Positions 22,860 to 33,437 of a DNA stretch of 64,000 nucleotides are shown here, piece after piece. The notes under the pieces were generated by a model that was not told the origin of the DNA, ran no database searches, and worked only from the letters and a program-made list of their open reading frames with translations. The position numbers and the translations under genes are program-made. How positions within the stretch are numbered: the stretch's first letter is position 1; every line of letters starts with the position of its first letter. Location of the stretch: the NCBI RefSeq assembly GCF_006345805.1, contig NC_042999.1, forward strand, positions 163,742,001 through 163,806,000, in the 5' to 3' direction. The stretch comes from Octopus sinensis (Eukaryota).

Positions 22860-23575
22860 TATATGTAGAAATGCATAGAGAAAAGAAAACGTAAAGTAGA
22901 ATATGTTACAAAAAGAAAATATAAAATACACGTGGAAATGTAAGGCTAAAATATGAAAAATCAACGAAAATGCACATTGCAAATAAAAAAAGGCTATTTA
23001 TGACAGGTAACGACAAATATATACATTTAGAATGACTGAGGTAGTGATAAGAGTCATAAAAGTCATTATTATGAGATGATTATAAGATGATAATAAAGTA
23101 AGAGAACCATGGTTTGCGCAAAGCTTTTCATCGCTTGAAAAGCACCGGCTAATACACGGTGTCAGGTCTAATAGTTCCCGAGAAAAAAGATTATTTGTAA
23201 GAGAGGTAAGTAGTTCCGGATTTAGAGATGTGAGTGGTGTAAGAAGTGTATAGGGGTTAGCGGTTTCAATTGAAGAGTTAGTGGTGTTCTGTAATGAGTT
23301 ATGTATTCATATTTAGTTGGGGAAGAAATTTATTGATGAAAAATGCCTCTTTATTCAACCTTTTTTGTATTGTGGTGTTCTGTGAACATTGGTAAAAGAG
23401 AAATATTTGGAAATTGGGATTAAGATTCCTGGCACACCTTTCTATGTGTCCACTCACCTTTAACTGTCTGTATTGTGGGTGACGGATTTGTTCTTTGTGA
23501 ATGGTGATTCTTTGACGGAGCGAAATTCCCGTTTATCCAATATAGAATTTACCACATCCTATTACATTTACTGAG
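22860..23575 (-). mobile_element. Penelope-like element 3' fragment (GIY-YIG endonuclease plus 3' UTR), degenerate
   Basis: Minus strand GCGKFYIG*TGISLRQRITIHKEQIRHPQYRQL, then after a frameshift ..HIERCARNLNPNFQIF...RLNKEAFFINKFLPQLN. Confidence 0.7.
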
Positions 23576-23604
23576 GCGCAGGTGAATATATATATATATA
23601 TATA

Positions 23605-23860
23605 TTTTTTTTTTTTCAAAAGTTTCAATAATTTCTCTATGAATCTTAACTCTCTCCCATGTTCTTTTTATTTTCTTTTTGGCTTAACTTTGTTTACTAT
23701 TTCTTTACCATACCAGCGTCTGTACCAAAATATTAATGTAATTATTCCATTGTCTTCATCATTAGTTATCTCATCTAATATTATATTGTATATCATCTTA
23801 TCTGATGAAACTTTCTTTAATTAACGTCTTCTTTAGCATTTATCTACTCTAGTTATGGCT
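23605..23860 (+). repeat. Second copy of the repeat of about 270 bp
   Basis: Direct homologue of 20825-21090, abutting the 5' junction of the GIY-YIG fragment across a (TA)n tract. Confidence 0.72.
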
Positions 23861-24377
23861 TCAATTCTGTGTATGTGCGCGCGCGCGCGCGTGTGTCTTC
23901 TCTCTTTTCTAGACTGAACTTTGACCAGTTCCCCACCCACTTGGTAGCAGTGAAGGAAAGTATCTTGATTTAAATGTCATTCTTTAATCCTTAAGAAGAT
24001 CTTGCCAATTTTTATGGTCTCAGATATCGTGACTATTTGTAGTAAATGAACTAAGGATTTACCTTCTCTCCTTAAGATTCCAAGATCAGCCATACAAGGA
24101 GAATAACAAGACAAGAAGGGCTGTTAAGCCGAACGAGAAAAAGTATTACGAACGTTATTTTTGAGAACGGCGAAGGAGCCACAGAAAATGCCGTCCACAC
24201 TTCAAGGAAGTCAGGCCAGAAAGACAGTAGCAGAGCTCTCGTCGCGGGTCAACGACGGAAGGGAGGAGGAGGAGCAAGAGAAAGGGAGAGAAAAAAGGGA
24301 ATGGTTGTGAGGAAACTAGAAAGGATGAAGAGTTATCTCTATCAAGTCCGTACACTCCAACAATAACAATAAAACAA

Positions 24378-24379
24378 GT

Positions 24380-24435
<56 letters not shown>

Positions 24436-24525
24436 GTAGCAGCAGCAGCAGCAGTAGCAGCAGCAGCAGTAGCAGCAGCAGTAGTAGCAGCAGCAGCAGT
24501 AGCAGCAGCAGCAGTAGCAGCAACA
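24378..24525. repeat. (ATC)n-(CAG/TAG)n trinucleotide microsatellite
   Basis: Direct reading of the sequence. Confidence 0.95.
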
Positions 24526-24879
24526 AAAGTAGCGATAATATTTTCTTTTATTAGCCATAAGTCCCAGAACGTTGGGGGAAAATATAAAGTCGAAATACAG
24601 AGCGAAATAACGAATAGGAAACTGAGGAATTTATATCGAGTAAACTGGTAAAATGGAAATGAGCAGTAATATTAAAGAGACATTAATAAAAAGCTAAAGG
24701 TTTATGGTACAGAAGAAAAGAAAAACTCGAAAGCGTCCTTCGACGTAATGTAGAGAATTACATTGGGTGATCCGGGTTACTCTACACAGAAATCCCTGAT
24801 TACTCTGACAGCAATTGTTAATGCCATGATTCAATTCATACCATTAGCCTACAACCACAAAATTTATCTAGGTTCATCT

Positions 24880-25170
24880 AACCATACCAGTTTCGCTACT
24901 CTTGTCTAACTTCGCCAATCTTAGTGTCTTCTATAGTCACTAAGTGATCTGATGAACTTCCTCTCTTAGTTCCAAATCACTTTGTGCCATCTCGCCTGAC
25001 TTGTCTTCATCCAAATTCTACTGTACCTCCATGGATAAAGAAATCTTTCTACGGTGAAGCTTTTTCTCCTCGAACGGCCGGACTTTGGAACTCTCTTCCA
25101 TCTCATTGTTTCCCTCCATTCTTATGAGTTGAACCCTTTCAAGTCTAAATCAAATTAATTTCTTTGTCCT
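24880..25170 (+). mobile_element. LINE 3' fragment (Jockey/CR1-group-like), degenerate
   Basis: FYGEAFSPRTAGLWNSLPSHCFP...LNPFKS resembles the conserved C-terminus SF.PRTA.LWNSLP...F....FK of these ORF2 proteins. Confidence 0.55.
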
Positions 25171-25264
25171 AATTTCCAACTCTTTATAGTCCCTTACACT
25201 TTTCACCTTGTTTGGGACTTTAAAAAAAAAAATGAAAAATCATAAAAGTTTAGGAGCTTTATTT

Positions 25265-25900
25265 CCTTCACTATTTCCTTCACTATTTTCATCTTCGCCT
25301 CCAAGTTGTATTTGAAAAAGTTGATGAAATCGTAACCCGAAAGAAAAAAATCATTGTCTTCAGGTTTCTGAACCACTCCACAGCAAAACTTCCTTCATCA
25401 TAGACACCTGACAAAGTCTATCCACTCGTCCTTACTAAAGTATGGTGGTAGTTATATCTTCATGACAGATTCGGCTGACATCCACAACTCCTCACCCCAT
25501 ATGGTAACAGTTGTTCAACTTAATTGTACAGACAGGGAAGTGCTGTTAACTAGGCCAGTCTGAGATGCGTACAGAGAAACGAAACAGTTTTCCATGGCCG
25601 TCCAGTATCCGAATATTGATGATATACGAAGTTTTGTCGCATAACTGGTGTCGCGCGTAGACGTATTTGGTAATCAACCAAAGTCATCAAGAGGAGCGCC
25701 CCACCGCCCTTCTTTGCTCCGGAAGTGTTGGGAACTTTCTCTCTGATGTCTGTAGCGCATGTGCTTGTGTGATGGAGGTGAAGCTTTCATCAACTTTTTC
25801 AAGGTTTCACTTAAAAAAAGATGTGTGAAGAGAGAAGTGCTGATCTCAGTAATTTCTTGTAAATGGATCTACTCTGAGTACTAACCTGTTGGTTGGGAAT
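25265..25900. mobile_element. Two degenerate L1/Tx1-like ORF2 C-terminal fragments in opposite orientations
   Basis: TTTCATCAACTTTTTCAA occurs on the minus strand (about 25310-25330) and plus strand (about 25787-25804). The translations are ..INFFK..L..K.... Confidence 0.4.
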
Positions 25901-26079
25901 CGACTGATGGCAGAGAGTACTTGCTCTTGGTAATTGAAGGTTTGTGGGGTTTCCTTGATCGAGCCTAAGTACTTACCCTCACTATTGAGGTATCTTATAT
26001 GCTGGAAGTTTATTGTTACTTGTTTTTGTTATCCATCCTTTTACGTCATATGTAAACCCTCTACTATGTTTAAATCTTG

Positions 26080-26162
26080 TCTTCTTCTTCTTCTTCTTCT
26101 TCTTCTTCTTCTTCTTCTTCTTCTTCTTCTTCTTCTCATCGTCGTCGTCGTTGTTGTTGTTA
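26080..26162. repeat. (CTT)n-(GTC/GTT)n microsatellite
   Basis: Direct reading of the sequence. Confidence 0.95.
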
Positions 26163-26989
26163 TCGTATAAAGTAGCATTACAGGTGGCAGTAACCTGTGG
26201 GCGTTAAATAATTAATCTGGAGGAAGATGGAGAATTATACATTTCAAATGTTCGACATTTATTAAAAAAAAATGATGTAATCTCACGTATTCATTCATTT
26301 TTATTGATGTATTTCAAGGAAACCCCAATAAAAATAATCAACTAATTGATTCAAGCTGTAAAATAAATGTTAATTGCTCATCAACACACCACTTCAGCCT
26401 AACAGTAATTTATTTTATACATTAGCCTATAGAACAGGTGAAACATTACGTGATTAAAATTAAAACCATTTCATTAATCTTTTAATTTACACACAAGGTA
26501 GCCATTTATAACAAAATTACGAAGAGATAGAGAAGAAAAGAACAAATGATACAAAGAGAGAATTACAGTTAGGTTAATGAACTCAGAAGGAATATTTTAG
26601 GTTGAGAATTATTAGGCTATGTTATATATGTTCGGTCTATGTTCTATAATATAGTAAAACGTTGAAAATGGTTCTTGTGTTAGTAAATCAAACTTTAGGA
26701 AAATCGTCGGGAATATTTCCATTTTATTGCAGTTTAAATTTTTAAGTTAAAAGAATGGATCAGGGAAATATTGTCGATCTCATTGAAGTCAAATCAGGTT
26801 CTTTACGTTTTTCCAACCACCTCATCATCTCGCCGTCCCTACTGTTGCCTTATCCCTAATAGCCGCACTAAACAAAACTCCCAAACTTTTCTTCATGTTT
26901 CTACAATCCTCTCGAAGTCGCTTTTTTCCAACGTTTACCATAAAGGCATCAATTCTAAGAATTTCTTTTGTCTTATCTTTTATTTGTTT

Positions 26990-27362
26990 CACTCGTTCAA
27001 CTGTGTTTATGCTGGGGCATCGCCTTGAAGGGCTTAGTCGAACAAATCGATTCCAGTCCTCATTATTTTTTTAAAACCTGGTACTTGTTCAATAATGATG
27101 TACCTCTAAGTATCGGGGGGGGGGTAACATAAACAAACCAACGCTGGTTGTCAAGCGGTGATGGGGGACAAACACGTGCGCGCGCACACACACATAAAAT
27201 ATATACATACGACTGGTTTCTTTCAGCTTCGTCTACTAAAGTAGAAGATACTTGCCCACGGAAGACATTTGCCCACTTACCCACGGTGCCACGCAGTGAG
27301 ACTGAACCCGGAACCATGTGGCTGGGCAACAAACTTCTTACCACACAGCCACGCTCGCACCT
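26990..27362 (-). mobile_element. SINE family A variant
   Basis: Minus strand head GGTGCGAGCGTGGCTGTGTGG...GGTTCAGTCTCACTGCGTGGCACC, and tail GGCGATGCCCCAGCAT. Confidence 0.75.
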
Positions 27363-27994
27363 TTGTTAAAGTTAAACTTCGACTTTATCGCTCTCAACAG
27401 TTTGTGAATGCGAAGTGTACGGGCCTCGCTTCTCTGTCTTATTTACATACAAATGACTTTATTTTGATTTCCAGCGGTAAAGAGTTTGAAACCGGCGACT
27501 ACAAAAGAATTACAAAATAAAAAAAATATGATAGAGGTAGTTAGCACATATAAACTAATTAAATGCATAGACGAGGGAGATAGATGAACAGAAAGACACG
27601 CGATAAGGCGTACTATAATGCAATGATATGAAAGTAAATTTTCATTTAGAACAAGAGTTTAGAAATGTTCCACAGCCCAAACATGTCAAATAAATTATTG
27701 ACATGAAAGTATGGCAGAGCGGTAAAACTGACTGATGAAGTTTTAAGTGTTATGTGACTCTTAATGATGAAGTTTTGAGAGTCAGTTTTAAGAGTCATGT
27801 GAAACTAACTCAATACTTTTAAATATTATTTCTAACATATCTATAAGTCTTTGTCCTTTATCCCTCGAAGGATGAAATATAAAGTTGACTCTGGCATGTT
27901 CTGAATTTAAAGCAAACATTTTCCCGTCGCGCTACGGTTTCTGTCAAACACCACTCTTAAACTCTTTAATATTAACTTACATAACATGAGAATG

Positions 27995-28135
27995 GATTGA
28001 TGAATTGGCTGAGCGGCGGGAAAAAGTGCCTGGCGGAATTTAGCTAGGTTTCTTAACGTTCTGTGTTTAAAGCCAGCATTTCAAATGTCACAGAGTTAAC
28101 TTCACTTTTAATTCTTAGAATAAGTATAAATCAAC
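27995..28135 (+). mobile_element. SINE family B, highly degenerate
   Basis: GAATTGGCTGAGCGGCGGGAAAAAGTGCCTGGCGGAATTT...ACGTTCTGTG...CAAATGTCACAGAGTTAACTT aligns by eye to the family B head. Confidence 0.42.
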
Positions 28136-28340
28136 TACCGAGACCAATGTAACCGAATATACCTTTCTCTCCACAATACTTAGTGATTTATGCCTGTTTT
28201 AGAAATCAATGATAATACAAATGGGAAATAATTTCTAAAGGAACATGTGTGTTTGGGATATCTCTTGGAAACAGAAGAGAAGAAATTTTGATAAATTGAA
28301 CAGTATGAGGGATACACAAAACGCAATATGAACTTAGTTG

Positions 28341-28641
28341 TTTGTTCCTTCTCGAGCCATGCCTGGCTCATAAGGGCCGGTTTCCCGGTTTCCTTGGCGT
28401 ATAGGTTCCCCACCTGGAAGCGACGCCGGTCCGTCAAGTTGAGCTGCAAAATGCAGGAGGAAAGAGTGAGAGAAAGTTGTGGCGAAAGAGTCAGTAGAAG
28501 TTTGCCATTATCTTCTGCCGGAGCCGCGTGGAGCTTAGGTGTTTCGCTCATAAACACACACATCGCCCGGTCTGAGATTCGAACCCACGATCCCTCGACC
28601 GCGAGTCCGTTACTCTGACCACTAGGCCATGCGCCTTCACT
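28341..28641 (-). mobile_element. tRNA-derived SINE, family C, full length with 15-bp TSD
   Basis: Minus strand head GAAGGCGCATGGCCTAGTGG (A box), GGTTCGAATC (B box) and tail GGAAACCGGGAAACCGGCCC...GAAGGAACAAAC. TSD ATATGAACTTAGTTG at 28326-28340 and 28642-28656. Confidence 0.92.
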
Positions 28642-29194
28642 ATATGAACTTAGTTGGATGCACAAAGGATGCTTAGTCGAATACACAAAGGTACTTCTAT
28701 TCGGTCGTTCGATCTGCTACCAAAAATTGCCAGCTCTTCATCAAACCAAATCGTACCTTATTAAAAAGCGGAAGGACACATTAAATAATGTAGTCGAAAA
28801 ATGTTGGGAAGGTCACGGCTGGAGACACATTTGTTCATAGCTCTGCTTACAAACGGCTAACTTGAACGAAACAACAGCAACAACATCGAAATAACATGAA
28901 CCTAAGGCTAGATAAATATTTAATAAAGTCTTTCGTTTGCATGATTGTTGGTCAGTCCCATCATGTTTTTGAGTATAGCGATATCAAGAACTATTTTATC
29001 CACTGTGTCCTTCCTTCTTTTTAAAACAACAGGGAGGTTTAACTGTTATTTCTGGTTGGATAAGCAACTATATAGAGGTTTCATATTGCATACTTGAAAC
29101 TAACTTATGTAATACCAAACAATAATCTCTTTAATCTGCTCCAATTATCCAAAATCATATCATAATAATTTCTTATTTAGACAAAAAGCTAGTA

Positions 29195-29378
29195 ATTTTG
29201 ATGGGGAGGGAACAATCTGACTCCATCAACTCCCGTATTTGACTAGTTCTTTATTGTATCGAAAGGATGAAAGGCAAAGTTAACCTCGGTGGTATTTGCA
29301 CTCAGATTGTAAAGGGCCAGAAGTAATGTCGCTAAGCATTTTATCCAGTGTTCTAACAATTCTGCCCGCTCGCCACCG
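29195..29378 (-). mobile_element. SINE family B
   Basis: ATCGAAAGGATGAAAGGCAAAGTTAACCTCGG...GTCGCTAAGCATTTT...CAATTCTGCCCGCTCGCCACC. Confidence 0.72.
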
Positions 29379-29470
29379 AAAAAATACTCCACAACATTAA
29401 TAGAATTTGTAAGTAAACAGCAGTGTATATTTTAATATTCATAACTCGCTGGTACTTAGCTCCTTTCCAG

Positions 29471-29634
29471 AGGCACAGGCGTGGCTGTGTGGTAAGAAGC
29501 CTACTTCCCAACCACATGTTCCGGGTTCAGTCCCATGGTACGGCACCTTGGACAAATGTGTGTCATCTACTATAGCCTCCGGCCAACCAAGCTTTGTGTG
29601 TGGATTTGGTAGATAGAAACTGAAAGTAGCCCAT

Positions 29635-29701
<67 letters not shown>

Positions 29702-29922
29702 TGTACTTGTTTGTGTGTTTGTCCGCCACCACTGCTTGACAACCGATATTGGTGTGTTTATGCCCCCGTAATCTAGCGGTACGGCAAAATAGATCGACAG
29801 AATTGGTACCAAGCTTAAAAAAGTACCGTGGTCAATTCATTCGACTGAAAGTTCTTCAATGCGGTGCCCCAGCATGGCCGCAGTTTAATGAGTGAAACCT
29901 GCAAAAGGTAAAAAGGTAAAAA
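29471..29922 (+). mobile_element. SINE family A, full length
   Basis: AGGCACAGGCGTGGCTGTGTGG, GGTTCAGTCCC, internal (TA)n(TG)n, tail GCGGTGCCCCAGCATGGCCGCAG...(AAAAGGT)n. Confidence 0.87.
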
Positions 29923-30028
29923 ATGCATATGGTTTGTCTTTGGATTAATTTGTGAGAAGCTTTTCCACCTTTGACAGGTTATATTTTGAATTCCGTTCGG
30001 TGCCTCACATCCTTCTCACCTAGCAAAC

Positions 30029-30158
30029 AGGGTGGTGAAAGTCAGCTTGGTCACCGGCCACTCGACAGGGAACAGGAAACAGTTGCACTGATACAATGGC
30101 GGTGCCCCAGCATGGCCACAGCTCATAAGCTGAAACTAGAATCAATCAATCAATCATA
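30029..30158 (+). mobile_element. Probable LINE 3' end with (ATCA)n tail
   Basis: GGCGGTGCCCCAGCATGGCCACAGCTC...CTGAAACTAGAATCAATCAATCAATC. It shares the SINE A tail motif but has unrelated upstream sequence. Confidence 0.5.
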
Positions 30159-30831
30159 CTAAACGCAAGTAGAACCTGATATGGTCTCATAAAAATAAAC
30201 TTCTAATCTACTCAAATAAAAATACCTCATGACTTTCCTTCCAATGACCTTCAACCTAATGACCTTCAGCTCAGTGACCTTTAACGGTATATCAAATTTA
30301 ATCTTACGAAGGGGCGTGGTTGGAGGGGACAATATGCAATTTATGACAAATTTAGTCGTTATCTAATTGCCATCGTTGTACAGCTCCAGATATTTGCACC
30401 CACACACCCACCCCTGTGTGCGCGCCTGAGTATACGTGTGTGTAAGTACGTGTGTATGTGCATGTGTATACGTATGGAATCAAGCGATAATGCTTGATTA
30501 GAAGACAAATGAAAAATGGCAATATTCTAACCCCCAAAAGTGACGTAAGCAAGGCAAAGCAATCTGACAAGCAACAGCATTAGTGATAAGAACTATTAGA
30601 ACATCGTAAACTCATTCTCCTACACACACGCTCTCTCCTTTTTTTTTCTCTCTCTTTCTGAAAAAACATATCATTTCCATATCAGTCATCAAATATAAAT
30701 GCAAGTATTACACTTAGCAGCAAATGAGCCACACCCTATGTTTTCATCAAGCCTTTGCAGAAGTGTGTCGCCTGCCAAATTATGTTGACCAGCTGCCAAT
30801 CACCAAACAATCTTCTCATATTGTGTTGCAG

Positions 30832-30892
30832 ATTGTAATCTTTAAAAATATCAGAGATAACATGAAGATAATGCAGGAACTGAAAGCGACAG
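30832..30892 (+). CDS. Candidate internal exon of an unidentified host gene (phase 0 to 1)
   Basis: TCTTCTCATATTGTGTTGCAG|ATT...ACAG|GTAAAG, encoding IVIFKNIRDNMKIMQELKAT. Confidence 0.35.
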
Positions 30893-30923
30893 GTAAAGAT
30901 CGAATTCCAAAATCCAGAAGGAA

Positions 30924-30998
<75 letters not shown>

Positions 30999-31588
30999 TC
31001 ACGCTCATACACACATTGCACTGTACACATATTTTTCAGGGCTACATGTTTCCCTGAATTCTTCTTTTATTGTAGAACGAAGAATTCACTGGCTTGAAAT
31101 TTATGATATTATTTCGTTTGCAATCTTGTATTAATTGTTTCACTTTCCTGGCTTACGTGTGCATGACTTGTGAATATGCATGCTTATAAGTATGCGTGCA
31201 TGTGTGTATCCAAGAGTGCATACATCTGTAAAGAATGTGTGTCAGTAAATGTGTAACAAAATATACCTGTAAGAAGATGACGTCACAAGTATTCATGAAC
31301 TGTGCTGTGCAATGATTATGTCGGAGACTGGATTGCTTTCCCAAAACGATTTGAATTATTTCTTTACTATTGATTTCATTATCTTCTATCTTTTATCTTT
31401 TACTTGTTTCAGTCATTAAATTAAAACAGCTTAAACAGACATTTGGTCAGAGTGATTGTTAGGCGGCGTTTGAACAATCAAGGTGAAAAATGATCGTTTT
31501 GTTATGAGCATAAATGTTTTAATTGCACTGAGAATTGCAAGCTAGCTATGAAAAGCAAGAAGTTCAAATCGAAATAATTCTGTAACAG

Positions 31589-31644
31589 AGGCTCGGAGTT
31601 GCTTGAAGTTATACGAGAAATCCCGAGCAAAAAGGATTCTAAAG
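31589..31644 (+). CDS. Candidate internal exon (phase 1 to 0; a second frame is also open)
   Basis: ATTCTGTAACAG|AGG...AAAG|GTAGAA, encoding (E)ARSCLKLYEKSRAKRILK or GSELLEVIREIPSKKDSK. Confidence 0.3.
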
Positions 31645-32271
31645 GTAGAACTATGGTCTATGACATCCAAGTCCGAATCATAAAGGAACACACTTGTCTA
31701 TCGTGGATAAATGCCTCGCATATTTTATTCAAATAAATTAATCAAAACAAAATCAACTCTCAGGACCCTTGACAATGTAGTAAACAATTTATTAGCTTTT
31801 GAACCCATGCTTGAGATCAGTAGTGAGAAATCCATGAAAAAAGCAAAAAGAAAAGAAAGAATAAGTTTTATAATGTACACGGACAGAATCATGCAAACAC
31901 ACGCGCGCACACACGAACATACACATACGCACAGGCACATCTACACACGCACTCTCTCTTTCTCTCTCTCACACACACGCTCACACATACACACACATAC
32001 ACTCACGCACGCTCATGCACACATTCCTCCGTACACATATTTTTTAGGGTTATATGTTCCATTGAATTCTTCCTTCCACTACTGTAGAACGAGGAATTCA
32101 CTGATTTGAATATGTTTGCAGCCGTATATAGAATGTCGCTCTCAATGTAGTCTTTGAATATCCTGCCCCCGTGAAATATACTGGACGACTACACTAAAGT
32201 GAGTTCAGTTAATCATATCTTATAGAACGATGATCGATCATAGAAATCAAAGACCAGTACCTTATGAGGTC

Positions 32272-32470
32272 TCTCAGTGAGCTGCCAGCTTCGTTAGCAC
32301 GATGGAAAAAATACTTGGCCGTATTTCTTCCGGCTTTACGTTCGAGGATAAATCCCATCGAAAGTCGACGTTGCCTTTCATCCATTCTAGAATTGATAAA
32401 ATAAGTAATTTGGGTTAATGTAATCGACAAGCTCCCTCCCCCAGAAGTTCGGTCCTTGTTCTTATAGTAG
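32272..32470 (+). mobile_element. SINE family B, degenerate
   Basis: GTGAGCTGCCAGCTTCGTTAGCACG...AAGTCGACGTTGCCTTTCATCC...GATAAAATAAGT...GTAATCGAC...TAGTAGAAAGGATT. Confidence 0.65.
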
Positions 32471-32609
32471 AAAGGATTGATGGGGTTCCGCTCCCCACCA
32501 CATGTCTGTCCCGATCGAGCATTGGAGCCGAAACGTAACCATCGCATTATTTTTTACGAGATACAGTCTATCAAAGATAGATATCCAATCTCTTCTTCCA
32601 TTTTTAAAG

Positions 32610-32661
32610 GTCCTAGAGGGTCATTTGAGAGATATTCGGCAGTTAATTTTTTAGAATTCCA
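32610..32661 (+). CDS. Candidate 52-nt exon (phase 1 to 2)
   Basis: TCTCTTCTTCCATTTTTAAAG|GTC...TTCCA|GTGAGT. The only open frame is (G)PRGSFERYSAVNFLEF. Confidence 0.3.
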
Positions 32662-33359
32662 GTGAGTATGTAAAAGCTCCCTCGGCATGTCTGACCGTAG
32701 TAGATCTCATAGAAAGCTTACTGCTAATTGCAATCTTTTGATGCCTGGTTTCTAAGTCACATCTAGTTATTTTCATATTGTGCGCTTACTCGGTTAGGCA
32801 TCCAACGGAATTAATCGTATTGTCTACTTTCTAGAAAACTTTGGCAAAGTCTAAGACTTAACGTTTACAGCTCTCAAAAAGGGACTTCACCGTTCGGTCA
32901 TCATACTGAATAAGTTATGTTATTCACTTAGTTGTATTCTGCTTTTGACTTGTATCCTGCTTCTGGGGATTTTTAAGTAAAAGACTAACGGAATTCAAGA
33001 ATCTATAAAAATTCGAAAGGAATTTTAAAAGGTTTTGTTAAGACATTCTTAGAATATTTGCTCGTTCCATAGTTGAGATTAGTTTTAGCATTTATTTTAA
33101 AAGCTACCTGATATATCATTTTAAAAAAAATTCAGAATCTTATGTGGGTGAGCAAATATTTGGTATTACTTTCCTTGTTTTCTCTCTGGGTAACAAAATA
33201 TTCGTGTGGTCAGTATTTTTAATGAGGTGGAAGAAGACTTCCTCGTACTGGAAAACGATCCATCTCGATATCGCTGTAGCCACATTTGGGATTTCATTAC
33301 AAGAATTTCTCATATATAATGGTAAAAAATTTTGACTTTAGTTTAATTCTTTCTTTCAG

Positions 33360-33432
33360 CATGAACTGAGAGACCGTTATTCTTCAAAACACATGCGAAA
33401 ATCGTTTTCAATGTCAGCCCGAGATGTTTACG
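33360..33432 (+). CDS. Candidate internal exon (phase 0 to 1)
   Basis: TTTAATTCTTTCTTTCAG|CAT...TACG|GTATT, encoding HELRDRYSSKHMRKSFSMSARDVY. Confidence 0.4.
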
Positions 33433-33437
33433 GTATT

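Noticed and set aside
24230-24560. PolyQ/polyS coding exon
   Set aside because: The Gln frame is broken by TAG. The Ser frame has no start, convincing splice sites or recognisable domain.
28560-28641. tRNA gene
   Set aside because: A and B boxes are present, but the sequence runs on into a SINE body and tail bounded by a TSD, and there is no complete acceptor stem.
32505-32545. Hammerhead-like CCGATCGA...GAAACGT
   Set aside because: The core is abnormal, no stem II or stem I can be formed, and there is no PLE context.
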